Positions 46,182 to 55,541 of a stretch of 64,000 nt of DNA are shown here, piece by piece (the first letter of the stretch is position 1; each line of letters starts with the position of its first letter). Under the pieces are notes generated by a model. That model did not search any database and was not told where the DNA came from. It was given only the letters and a program-made list of their open reading frames with translations. The DNA lies in contig CAMTUP010000009.1 in assembly GCA_947084945.1 (NCBI GenBank), positions 334,963 to 398,962 of the forward strand. The letters are read 5' to 3'. The DNA is from an uncultured Ignavibacteria bacterium (GTDB lineage Bacteria; Bacteroidota; Ignavibacteria; Tepidaquicellales; OLB5). The position numbers were made by a program, and so were the translations under genes.

Positions 46182-47900
46182 TTATTTCATCAGTATTAGT
46201 TTTTTACTGTCAATTAATTTACCCTCAACAATTAATGAATAGAAATATATTCCTGATGATAAGTCCTCAGCATCTAACAAAATACTGTAATTTCCACTGC
46301 TTTGTTGAGTTTGAATCAAAGTACGTATTTCCTGCCCAAGTATATTAAATAAAACCAATTTAACAAAGCTCTTTTTGGGGACCTGATAGTCAATTTGAGT
46401 TGTTGGATTAAATGGATTCGGATAATTCTGTTCAAGCCTGTAAGCTATTGGCAATTCGTTGTTGTTATTGATAATACCTATTGGCTGCGAATATTTTATT
46501 GTTACAGCATCCCATAGTATTGGGTTGCCATTATACCTGCTGCTAATTCCAGTCACATAAACTTCAAAACTCGTGTCTATTATTAAAGCATGTGCATAAT
46601 CGAATGAATTTGTTAAAGGTCCGTTATAGGTTGCAACCCATTGTTGAGTGCCATTTAGTAAATATTTAATTGCAGTAATGTTCCCGCCTGAAACAGGATA
46701 ATAAGTTGCACCTGTTACATAAACATTATTGTCTTTATCTAACTTCAAATCAGCCGGTTCGTTTGGTGTTCCGTTAACTCCACCCCAATATCTTTTAACC
46801 CATTGGGTATCACCTGTTGAAATATACTTCAATGTTACAATGTCATATCCTCCACCACCAGTCCCATTTGAGCAAAATGTAGTATAATAAATTGAATTTC
46901 CATCAGGTGTTGTTACAACACCAGCAGGATATTGACACCTGCCTTCGCCGCTTAACACCCCTGTGAAAATTTGCGCCCATTGAATTGTACCTCCAGTGTT
47001 TAACTTCACTAAAATATTGTTAGCGCTGGCACTTGGCACTGCGCTTGTACCCACTGTATAAATATTTCTATTTGTATCAAGAGCTATATACATAGCACCA
47101 TCGTTATAATGCTGCGGGCTGTCATAAGTTACATCCCATGACATATTGCCGTCAGGCAAATATTTTACTACCAGGTAATCAACATTCGTTCCAAAATCAA
47201 AATATCCTGTAACCACAATGTTGTCCAAATTATCAATTGCAAGCTTTGCAAAAAAATTATGCTTCTGTGTTGGGTTGTATTTTTTGACCCATAGACTATC
47301 TCCATAGGAATTGTATTTTATGATATAGCCTACAGAAAGTGAGCTATTCACTAGCGTTCCGCCGCATATAGCTATGTTGCCTGCTCTATCCAGTGAAATA
47401 TCAACTGCACTACTGCTTTGCCAACCTCCATCATATACTCTTGCCCACTGCAGTATGCCATTTGCATTAAATTTAACTGTGGTTACATAACTTGTAAAAT
47501 TTATGTTTGTTTTTCCGGTGACGAAAACATCACCAGCTCCTGAAACAACAAAAGCTTTTGGTTGATCCGATAGGTTACCCGGACTGTTATAATATGTGCT
47601 CCATAGTAAAGTGCCGCCGCTATTATACTTTAATACGTAATAATCACCGTTTGTTGTATCAGCAAATCGAGTCCCTACTAGTACATAAACATTCCCGGCA
47701 GAATCCAGTTGTACCGAAAGGCCATTGGCATAATTACCATTTGTAAAACGCTTTACCCACTCCTGGGTCGGCTGCTGGGCAAACACGCCAAACGTCATCC
47801 CGCAAAGCAGAATCGTCCCGCTAAAGCAGGATAAACTGGGACTGCAAAAAAACGCAGAAAGTCGAACGTAAAAAAATAATATGTAGGCTATTTTTTTCAT
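46182..47900 (-). CDS. T9SS-secreted beta-propeller (SBBP-repeat) protein
   Basis: About 8 repeats of the D..GN.YVTG type (LDSAGNVYVLVGT, SGAGDVFVTGKT, LDKDNNVYVTGAT...). C-terminal sorting domain is NYPNPFNPTTQIDY...GIYFYSL. Confidence 0.75.
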   Translation of the reverse strand: MKKIAYILFFYVRLSAFFCSPSLSCFSGTILLCGMTFGVFAQQPTQEWVKRFTNGNYANGLSVQLDSAGNVYVLVGTRFADTTNGDYYVLKYNSGGTLLWSTYYNSPGNLSDQPKAFVVSGAGDVFVTGKTNINFTSYVTTVKFNANGILQWARVYDGGWQSSSAVDISLDRAGNIAICGGTLVNSSLSVGYIIKYNSYGDSLWVKKYNPTQKHNFFAKLAIDNLDNIVVTGYFDFGTNVDYLVVKYLPDGNMSWDVTYDSPQHYNDGAMYIALDTNRNIYTVGTSAVPSASANNILVKLNTGGTIQWAQIFTGVLSGEGRCQYPAGVVTTPDGNSIYYTTFCSNGTGGGGYDIVTLKYISTGDTQWVKRYWGGVNGTPNEPADLKLDKDNNVYVTGATYYPVSGGNITAIKYLLNGTQQWVATYNGPLTNSFDYAHALIIDTSFEVYVTGISSRYNGNPILWDAVTIKYSQPIGIINNNNELPIAYRLEQNYPNPFNPTTQIDYQVPKKSFVKLVLFNILGQEIRTLIQTQQSSGNYSILLDAEDLSSGIYFYSLIVEGKLIDSKKLILMK

Positions 47901-48461
47901 TTCTATCTTATTTTACTTTGTTAAAATTTTATTCTTAATCACCAACCCAAAGGTGGTTATAGGTTATCGTAAATATTGTTTTCTTAGGATATTACAAAAT
48001 GAATAATTAATGTTTTAAAAAACAAGGATAAATTTTAAGTATAAACTGTTGTGGTAGTAAGGCATAAGACGATAAAGTATTTTTTAAAATTACATATTAT
48101 TTTTATCGCAACAATGGTTTATGATGTGACAATCCGAGTTTACTCTGGGTATAATAATTACAACTTTTGCCGAAAATATTGGCAAAATTTAGTGGAATTT
48201 TACAAATATATTGGATAAATTATATTATTGAGATTACGCTAAAATTTTCGTAAATTTATTAGTTTGCATAGTAAACTACTTGTTTATTTAGATAAAAAGC
48301 AAGATGCGTCTAACTATCAGTAATTTAAACTACATAAATCTATGTATTTTGTGAGTAACTTATTAAGCATTTAAAAATATGACTTATATCATTTGTTTTA
48401 TAATACGATTTTGCTAATTTTGTTAGATAATATTTTGAAAATAACAGGATAACAACAGATA

Positions 48462-49586
48462 TTGGCTATAATAGGTATTCTCAAAGAGCCGGAAGGCGAA
48501 AACAGAGTCGCAGCGCTTCCGGAAATAGCAGCACAGTTGGTTAAAATGAATTTTCAGGTCCTTGTAGAAAGCGGTGCGGGAAGCAAAGCTTTTGCAAGTG
48601 ATGAAGACTACAAAGCACAGGGCGCTGATATTGGCGATAAAGCAAAAGTGCTTTCTACATCAGATGTCATCCTAAGAATTAATTCCCTCACTAAAGATGA
48701 AATCTCAAATCTGAAACAAGGTTCGATAGCATTGGCTATCTTCCAACCATTCTTTAACCCGGAAACAGTTAAACAGCTTTTAAATCAAAAGGTTACAGGT
48801 TTTAGCCTGGAAACCATTCCCAGAACAACCCGCGCTCAATCAATGGATATACTATCCTCACAGGCAACAGTAGCAGGATATAAAGCCGTATTGGTAGCGG
48901 CTGCAAACCTTCCCAAATTCTTCCCGATGTTCATGACAGCAGCAGGAAGTATTACTCCAGCCAAAGTTTTGATACTAGGCGCAGGAGTTGCAGGCTTGCA
49001 AGCAATATCGGCAGCACGAAGGCTTGGCGGTGTTGTAGAAGCCTTTGATACACGCAGCGCAGTTAAGGAAGAAGTTATGTCACTTGGCGCTAAATTTGTT
49101 GAAGTTGAAGGCGCTACCGATGACAAAGCAGCAGGCGGTTATGCTGTTGAGCAGTCAGATGAGTTCAAACAGAAACAAAGACAGGTTATTCATGATCATG
49201 CAGTAAAATCTGATGTAATTATTACAACGGCGCAAATTCCCGGAAGGAAAGCACCTGTGCTTATTACAAAAGAAACTGTTGCTGCAATGAAAAAGGGTTC
49301 TGTTATTGTTGATTTAGCTGCTTCAACAGGCGGCAACTGTGAGCTATCAAAAAATGAAGAGACCGTTGATGTTAACGGAGTTAAGATAATAGGCTCATCA
49401 TTTTTGCCTTCTACTGTTCCGTTTGACGCAAGCAAGATGTTTGGAAAGAATGTTTTAACCTTCCTTAAACTCATTTTAAAAGACGGGGTAATAAACCTGG
49501 ACTTTGAAGATGACCTTGTAAAAGGAACATGTATCACACACAACGGCGAAATAATAAACGAAAAAATTAAAGAGGTAATTAAATAA
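48462..49586 (+). CDS. pntAA: NAD(P) transhydrogenase subunit alpha, part 1
   Basis: Alanine-dehydrogenase-like fold with GAGVAGLQAISAARRLG. TTG start. Followed by pntAB and pntB. Confidence 0.9.
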   Translation: MAIIGILKEPEGENRVAALPEIAAQLVKMNFQVLVESGAGSKAFASDEDYKAQGADIGDKAKVLSTSDVILRINSLTKDEISNLKQGSIALAIFQPFFNPETVKQLLNQKVTGFSLETIPRTTRAQSMDILSSQATVAGYKAVLVAAANLPKFFPMFMTAAGSITPAKVLILGAGVAGLQAISAARRLGGVVEAFDTRSAVKEEVMSLGAKFVEVEGATDDKAAGGYAVEQSDEFKQKQRQVIHDHAVKSDVIITTAQIPGRKAPVLITKETVAAMKKGSVIVDLAASTGGNCELSKNEETVDVNGVKIIGSSFLPSTVPFDASKMFGKNVLTFLKLILKDGVINLDFEDDLVKGTCITHNGEIINEKIKEVIK

Positions 49587-49897
49587 TGGAGCAGATTTTC
49601 AGTTTTATAGGTGAGAACATCAGGTTCATTTACCTGATCATACTCATGGTGTTTCTTGGAATAGAGGTTATCTCACATGTTCCTTCGGTTTTGCATACAC
49701 CACTTATGTCAGGTGCCAATGCTATTCACGGAGTAGTTATTGTAGGCGCTATTCTAGTAATGGGCAAAGCAGAGCCTGATAATTATCTGGCTCTTATACT
49801 TGGATTTTTTTCAGTAATATTAGGCACATTAAATGTAGTAGGCGGATTTGTGGTTACAGACCGCATGCTTGAAATGTTTAAGAAGAAGAAGAAATAA
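49586..49897 (+). CDS. pntAB: NAD(P) transhydrogenase subunit alpha, part 2 (membrane)
   Basis: 103-aa protein with 3 TM helices and the MSGANAIHGVV motif. Its ATG overlaps the pntAA stop. Confidence 0.9.
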   Translation: MEQIFSFIGENIRFIYLIILMVFLGIEVISHVPSVLHTPLMSGANAIHGVVIVGAILVMGKAEPDNYLALILGFFSVILGTLNVVGGFVVTDRMLEMFKKKKK

Positions 49898-49899
49898 AG

Positions 49900-51282
49900 A
49901 TGGAAAAATATATAACAGATCTGATTTATCTAATAGGTTCGGTTTCATTTGTACTTGGTTTAAAAATGCTTAGCCACCCTGAGTCGGCAAGAAAGGGTAA
50001 CCTTATAGCAGCAGGAGGTATGGTATTGGCAATATTAGCAACAATATTCCTTGATCCTGCAATTCACAATTGGATGTGGATATTTAGTGGAATTGCTATT
50101 GGTACAGTTATAGGTTGGATAGCAGCAAAAAAAGTTAAAATGACAGCAATGCCGCAGATGGTATCATTGTTTAATGGAATGGGCGGCGCATGCGCAGCGG
50201 TAATTTCTGTGGTTGAATACACAAAACATGATTTTTCGCATGGAGGCGGCGCAGCATTTCTTGGAATTGTAATGGCAGCTTTAATTATCGGTTCAGTTTC
50301 ATTTGCGGGCAGTATGATAGCCTTTGGTAAACTTAACGGTAATATCGGAGATAAGGTATTCCCAGGACAGAAGTTTTTTAATTTAGCAATTTTACTTTCA
50401 GCAGTCGGAATTTCGGTTTACCTTTCAATGCATCATCAGGCAGATAATACTTTAATGCTTTTAACACTTGGAATAGCTTTATTTTACGGTGTAATGTTTG
50501 TAATGCCAATTGGCGGAGCGGATATGCCGGTAGTAATTTCATTATTAAACTCTTTTACAGGTATTGCCGCAGCACTTGGCGGGTTTGTTTACGATAACCA
50601 GGTAATGTTAACCGGTGGTATTTTAGTTGGTTCAGCAGGTACAATATTGACAATCATTATGTGTAAAGCAATGAACCGCTCACTGTTTAATGTTATTGCA
50701 GGCGCATTTGGTACTTCAAGCGGTGTTGTTTCAGGCGATAAACAAACAGGCACAGTTAAAGAAATTTCAGTTTCTGATGCAGCAGTATTGCTTGCTTATT
50801 CAAAGAAGGTATTTATTGTTCCTGGTTATGGTCTTGCTGTTGCACAGGCACAGCATACATGTCATGAGCTAGAAAAACTTTTAGAGGAAAAAGGCGTTGA
50901 AGTTAAATATGCTATTCACCCTGTAGCAGGCAGAATGCCGGGGCATATGAATGTACTCTTAGCTGAAGCTGATGTATCGTACGAAAAGTTACTTGAAATG
51001 GAAGATGCAAACGGTGAAATGCCGAATACTGATGTAAGTATTATTATCGGAGCTAATGATGTTGTTAATCCTGCTGCAAGGCATGATAAAAATAGTCCAA
51101 TATACGGAATGCCGATACTTGATGTTGATAAATCAGCTAACGTAATTATTATGAAGCGCTCAATGGCGGCTGGTTATGCAGGTATTGATAATGAGCTGTT
51201 TTACTATCCAAATAACCGTATGCTATTTGGTGATGCTAAAGCATCATTGCAGAAATTAGTTACGGAAGTAAAAGCTTTATAG
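49900..51282 (+). CDS. pntB: NAD(P) transhydrogenase subunit beta
   Basis: Multi-TM N-terminal half and a C-terminal NADP(H) domain (PGYGLAVAQAQH, GANDVVNP). Confidence 0.95.
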   Translation: MEKYITDLIYLIGSVSFVLGLKMLSHPESARKGNLIAAGGMVLAILATIFLDPAIHNWMWIFSGIAIGTVIGWIAAKKVKMTAMPQMVSLFNGMGGACAAVISVVEYTKHDFSHGGGAAFLGIVMAALIIGSVSFAGSMIAFGKLNGNIGDKVFPGQKFFNLAILLSAVGISVYLSMHHQADNTLMLLTLGIALFYGVMFVMPIGGADMPVVISLLNSFTGIAAALGGFVYDNQVMLTGGILVGSAGTILTIIMCKAMNRSLFNVIAGAFGTSSGVVSGDKQTGTVKEISVSDAAVLLAYSKKVFIVPGYGLAVAQAQHTCHELEKLLEEKGVEVKYAIHPVAGRMPGHMNVLLAEADVSYEKLLEMEDANGEMPNTDVSIIIGANDVVNPAARHDKNSPIYGMPILDVDKSANVIIMKRSMAAGYAGIDNELFYYPNNRMLFGDAKASLQKLVTEVKAL

Positions 51283-51344
51283 AGTTTGAAAGTTGTATCC
51301 CTCAAGCGGGATTTCAATCAGTCTACGACTGATTTCAAAAGTAA

Positions 51345-51368
51345 GGGAGGCATATTGCCTCCCTTTTT
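51345..51368 (+). terminator. Rho-independent terminator after pntB
   Basis: GGGAGGC-atatt-GCCTCCC followed by T5. It is preceded by two further hairpins at 51297-51312 and 51316-51334. Confidence 0.8.
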
Positions 51369-51403
51369 ATTTGCATTTGCTAATATTTTTTTCAATTAGA
51401 AAT

Positions 51404-51973
51404 TTAATCCTTTAATTTAACTGCCAGTTTATATACTTCGCTGACTAACCTATCTAATCTTTTATTTACAATTTTGTTTATCAACTCGCCTTTTTTATTG
51501 AATAACGAATTACCATATCCAATTGCTAAACTGCTTGGCGCAGCTATTGCACGCAAATTATGAATTATATGCACCATAGCGTTTAGAGTTGAAAATCCTG
51601 CATTTTCCGCACCGCTAACCGATATACAGCCAATCGGTTTAAGGGTCAGGTATGGAGGCTTGCTATCAGAGAGCACTTCAAGGAAATCAATAGCATTCTT
51701 GAATGCCGAGCTAACTGTTCCGTGATACTCAGGAGAAGCAAAAATAAAGCCATCAGCTTCTTTAAAATTTTCTGTCAATACGCTGAATTTCTCATTTTTT
51801 AGGCTATTTAATGCCTTATAGCTGAAAATTGGTAAATTTAGCTTTTTAATATCTGCAAGATAAGTATCAGCACCAAGTTCTTTTAGTTTAATTTCTGAAT
51901 ATTTTAAAAGTGCTAATGTGGAAGATTTATCTTCCATACTGCCACCCAAACAAACAATTTTTATTTTTTTCAT
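51404..51973 (-). CDS. NADPH-dependent FMN reductase family protein
   Basis: Flavodoxin-like KIKIVCLGGS...FIFASPEYHGTVSSAFKNAIDF. ATG 51973 is preferred over TTG 51985. Confidence 0.8.
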   Translation of the reverse strand: MKKIKIVCLGGSMEDKSSTLALLKYSEIKLKELGADTYLADIKKLNLPIFSYKALNSLKNEKFSVLTENFKEADGFIFASPEYHGTVSSAFKNAIDFLEVLSDSKPPYLTLKPIGCISVSGAENAGFSTLNAMVHIIHNLRAIAAPSSLAIGYGNSLFNKKGELINKIVNKRLDRLVSEVYKLAVKLKD

Positions 51974-51978
51974 TGATG

Positions 51979-52022
51979 TTTTCAATTATAATGAACGAAA
52001 TATTAAGAAATTAGTCAATCAG
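51979..52022 (-). promoter_or_regulatory. 44-nt upstream element, identical to 33658..33701
   Basis: Exact 44/44 match checked base by base. It lies in the divergent spacer between 51973 and 52099. Confidence 0.6.
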
Positions 52023-52098
52023 TAAATAAATTAATTTTGTATCAAACAGACTTATTCTTCACTTTAAAATGTAAAAATGAATAAGTATTTTTGTAAAT

Positions 52099-52401
52099 AT
52101 GACAAAAGAACAACTAAATAAGGCTATTGTTGCCTTACAGAATATTTCCGTCAACTTTAAAATTGATTATGTTTTTTTTACAGGAAAATGTATAGTTAGA
52201 GGTATTATTATTCATAACCCTGATGACATGAGTAAGGTTAAAAGTATATTGGATTCCGAAATTTTAAAGAATTTAAAAACTAAGAAAAGTAAAGAATGGT
52301 ATTTGGGAGATGCTGTTGAGGTTATTTATTTGCAGTTAAAAGATAAGATCGAGATAAGTATTTCTGATTATGAAGCATTCCAGGTCAATAATTATGCATA
52401 A
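52099..52401 (+). CDS. Hypothetical protein
   Basis: 100-aa ORF with no recognisable motif. Its 3' end overlaps the convergent gatA by 17 nt. Confidence 0.35.
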   Translation: MTKEQLNKAIVALQNISVNFKIDYVFFTGKCIVRGIIIHNPDDMSKVKSILDSEILKNLKTKKSKEWYLGDAVEVIYLQLKDKIEISISDYEAFQVNNYA

Positions 52402-53806
52402 TGTAATTACCAAGCTTTAATATCCCTGCTTCATCAAAATCTTTACCAATAATCTGCAGACCAATCGGAAGCCCGCTTTTATCTTTCCCTGCTGGAATAC
52501 TTATTGCAGGATTACCTGATAAATTAGAAGATGTTGTATAAATATCATTTAAATACATAGCCAAGGTGTCATTGGTTTTTTCACCAATTTTAAATGCAGT
52601 TGTAGGTGTTGTAGGTGTTAGTATTAAATCTACCTTTTCAAACGCTGTTGAAAAATCTTCTTTTATCAGTTTTCTTACTTTCTGCGCTTTTTTATAATAA
52701 GCATCATAGTATCCCGCTGAAAGTACATACGTACCGAGCATTATTCTTCGTTTTACTTCTGTACCAAATCCTTCAGTTCTGGAATTAACATACATATCTT
52801 CTATATTAGCTGAATCATTTGAGCGTTTTCCATATCTCGCACCATCATACCGAGCAAGATTACTTGATGCTTCTGCAGTTGTCAAAATATAGTATGCCTG
52901 AATAGAATACTTTAAATTGGGAAGCTTTACAGGAATGATTTTAGTTCCTTTTGCTTTTAAGAGTTCAACTGTATTACTCATTGCATCTTTTATTTCTGAC
53001 TGTAAACCATTTTCATCCAGATCTTCAACTATTCCAACTCTTAAATTGCTCAGATCAATTTTTTCTATTTCATTACTGTAATTATTGATTATATGCTCTA
53101 CTGAAGTTGAATCATTTTTATCTTTGCCCGCCATAACTTCCAGAACAAGCGCCACATCCTTAATATTTTTTGCAAAAGGTCCAATTGAATCAAACGATGA
53201 TGCAAAAGCGGTCAATCCATACCTGGAAACTCTTCCATAAGTTGGTTTAAGACCTGTAATGCCACAAAATGCTGCAGGCTGGCGTATTGAGCCTCCCGTA
53301 TCGGTTCCAAGTGAAACCATGCACATATCTGCTGCAACTGCTGCTGCGCTTCCGCCTGATGAGCCTCCGGGAACACGGGTTTCATCAAATGGATTTAATA
53401 CATTTCCAAAGGCTGAATTTTCGTTGGATGAACCCATAGCAAATTCATCACAATTGGTCTTTCCTATAATAATAGCATCTTCATCCAGAAGTCTTTGAAC
53501 TGCTGTTGCAGTATATAATGCTTCAAAATTTTCCAGTATTTTTGAACCACATGTTAACATGTATCCTTTTAAAGAAAGCACATCTTTTATCGCAATTACC
53601 ATTCCTGCAAGTTTACCAGCGGTACCTGCTATAATTTTTGCATCAATTAATTCTGCCTGTTTCAAAGCTTCTTCTTTAAACACCAAAAGGAAAGCATTTA
53701 ATTGCTTTCCTTTTTCTATTTTAGAAAGATAATATTTTACAACATCTTTACAGGAAACTTTACCTGAGATAAGTTCTGAACGTAAAACACTGTAATCATT
53801 GAGCAT
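52385..53806 (-). CDS. gatA: Glutamyl/aspartyl-tRNA amidotransferase subunit A
   Basis: Amidase signature GGSSGGSAAAVAA...GTDTGGSIRQPAAFCG, 473 aa. Confidence 0.9.
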   Translation of the reverse strand: MLNDYSVLRSELISGKVSCKDVVKYYLSKIEKGKQLNAFLLVFKEEALKQAELIDAKIIAGTAGKLAGMVIAIKDVLSLKGYMLTCGSKILENFEALYTATAVQRLLDEDAIIIGKTNCDEFAMGSSNENSAFGNVLNPFDETRVPGGSSGGSAAAVAADMCMVSLGTDTGGSIRQPAAFCGITGLKPTYGRVSRYGLTAFASSFDSIGPFAKNIKDVALVLEVMAGKDKNDSTSVEHIINNYSNEIEKIDLSNLRVGIVEDLDENGLQSEIKDAMSNTVELLKAKGTKIIPVKLPNLKYSIQAYYILTTAEASSNLARYDGARYGKRSNDSANIEDMYVNSRTEGFGTEVKRRIMLGTYVLSAGYYDAYYKKAQKVRKLIKEDFSTAFEKVDLILTPTTPTTAFKIGEKTNDTLAMYLNDIYTTSSNLSGNPAISIPAGKDKSGLPIGLQIIGKDFDEAGILKLGNYIMHNY

Positions 53807-53846
53807 ATTAATAAAAATTTGTTTAATCAGCTTACAAAAAATATTT

Positions 53847-54032
53847 TCAGCTTGGCTTCTTTTCGTCAGTAGTTGCGCTGGTTATTTCTGATTCAATATC
53901 CTTTGAAGCTTTCTTGAACTCTTTAATACCTTTACCCATACCGGACATCAGGTCTGGTATCTTCTTGGCACCAAAGAGCACAAGTATTACTATACAAATT
54001 AAAATTAATTCTGTTGGACCTAATCCGAACAT
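53847..54032 (-). CDS. tatA: Twin-arginine translocase subunit TatA/E
   Basis: [28 protein letters not shown] followed by an amphipathic helix, 61 aa. Confidence 0.9.
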   Translation of the reverse strand: MFGLGPTELILICIVILVLFGAKKIPDLMSGMGKGIKEFKKASKDIESEITSATTDEKKPS

Positions 54033-54166
54033 TTTATTACTCCTGTTTCCGTATTAACGGAACTTATTTATTAAAAATCTTACTTACTACTTTAATTACA
54101 CAGTACAAAGTTACGGCAATGAAAAACAAATAAACTGCTACTTCAAGTGATCCCATATATAAATAA

Positions 54167-54865
54167 CTAATTTAGCGAATTTATTACACTTTCAAACAAA
54201 TATCTACCATCACTGCTACCTACTACACTCTCGCTTGCTCTTTCAGGATGCGGCATCATTCCAAGCACGTTACCTGTTTTATTGATAATACCTGCGATAT
54301 TATCAATTGAACCATTTGGATTCACTTCATATCTAAATACAACCTGATCATTTTCATTCAGCATTTTCAGAGTATCTTCATCACATATATAATTACCATC
54401 GCCATGCGCAATAGGTACAACCATCTTATCCATTTTTAAATTCCCATTGCCATAGTACGCATTTGTAAAGATGGTCTTTTTGTTGACAATATTCAATGTA
54501 ACATTTTTGCATACAAATCTTAGACTTTCATTCCTTAATAATGCACCCGGCAACAAACCTGATTCACACAATATCTGAAAACCGTTGCAAATTCCTATTA
54601 CAACTCCTCCATTTGAGGCATGTCTTACCACATCCTTCATAATTGGAGAAAATCTTGCAATTGCTCCGCACCTTAAATAATCACCATATGAAAATCCACC
54701 CGGGACTATTATTACATTCCTATCACCAATTGAGCTATCTTTATGCCACAAAAATTCAGTATCCTGCCCTAATATATGCTTCAAAGTATTATAAGCATCA
54801 TGGTCACAGTTTGATCCCGGGAAAACAACTACTCCGAATTTTGCTTTACTCAACAGGTTGCTCAA
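54167..54865 (-). CDS. purQ: Phosphoribosylformylglycinamidine synthase, glutaminase subunit
   Basis: GATase motifs [19 protein letters not shown] and MPHPER. Confidence 0.9.
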   Translation of the reverse strand: MSNLLSKAKFGVVVFPGSNCDHDAYNTLKHILGQDTEFLWHKDSSIGDRNVIIVPGGFSYGDYLRCGAIARFSPIMKDVVRHASNGGVVIGICNGFQILCESGLLPGALLRNESLRFVCKNVTLNIVNKKTIFTNAYYGNGNLKMDKMVVPIAHGDGNYICDEDTLKMLNENDQVVFRYEVNPNGSIDNIAGIINKTGNVLGMMPHPERASESVVGSSDGRYLFESVINSLN

Positions 54866-55119
54866 TTGCCGTTTAGGTTTATAACTTCAAATTCATAATC
54901 TTCCATCACAGGATTTGCAAGCAGCTTCTTACAGACTTCATCGGTAATTAACTGAGCTTCTTCCTGTGAAACAGTATCTATCTTTAATTCAATGAACTTC
55001 CCTATCCTAGTATCAAGTATTTTTTTATAACCAAGGCTTTGAATTGAGTGCTCAACTGCTTTTCCCTGCGGGTCAAGAATCGATTTCCTTAATGTAACTT
55101 TAATTTTGGCAGAATACAA
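54862..55119 (-). CDS. purS: Phosphoribosylformylglycinamidine synthase subunit PurS
   Basis: 85-aa ORF with the [25 protein letters not shown] pattern and a 4-nt overlap with purQ. Confidence 0.85.
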   Translation of the reverse strand: MYSAKIKVTLRKSILDPQGKAVEHSIQSLGYKKILDTRIGKFIELKIDTVSQEEAQLITDEVCKKLLANPVMEDYEFEVINLNGN

Positions 55120-55121
55120 TA

Positions 55122-55541
55122 TTATATTAATTTATGTAGTTTAAAAAAAAAAATTCTAAGTAATAATATCATCATAAATCCAAGCAATATAACCGAAACA
55201 ATTGGCATTACATTTATATTGGCTTCAACAAGAAGCCTGTTATTCACATATCCTGTGTGAAATTTGGACTTAACCTTTGCAAATACAACCCTGCCATTAT
55301 CAGCAGATTCCCAGTTTTCAACATAAACAAAATCACCGCCTTTTACTTGTGAATCACCGCTTTTGTAATCATACGGGTTCTGAAGCAAAGGCACATAACC
55401 ATACGGTGTTAATCTTAAAACAGCCTTATCATAAGCAAAATTATTATATATATCCAGTGAGCTGTTTACCATCTGATAAGTAATTGCACACAGCATCAAA
55501 AAAAAGAGGGCTTTTAATATTAAAAGCATTACCCTTTTCAT
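55122..55541 (-). CDS. Hypothetical membrane protein (N- and C-terminal TM helices flanking a small beta-rich domain)
   Basis: 139-aa ORF tightly packed in the operon. No family was recognised. Confidence 0.5.
   Translation of the reverse strand: MKRVMLLILKALFFLMLCAITYQMVNSSLDIYNNFAYDKAVLRLTPYGYVPLLQNPYDYKSGDSQVKGGDFVYVENWESADNGRVVFAKVKSKFHTGYVNNRLLVEANINVMPIVSVILLGFMMILLLRIFFFKLHKLI

Noticed and set aside
47901-48461. 560-bp AT-rich spacer upstream of pntAA as a possible ncRNA or riboswitch locus.
   Set aside because: Only weak 5-bp hairpins are present (for example TTGCC...GGCAA), with no conserved motif. It is most simply the divergent promoter region for pntAA and the T9SS gene.
51291-51338. 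CRISPR-repeat-like 28-mer GTTGTATCCCTCAAGCGGGATTTCAATC with a partial second GATTTCAA.
   Set aside because: Only one full copy is present, there is no regular repeat-spacer periodicity, and there are no cas genes in the window. It is treated as a 3'-UTR hairpin instead.
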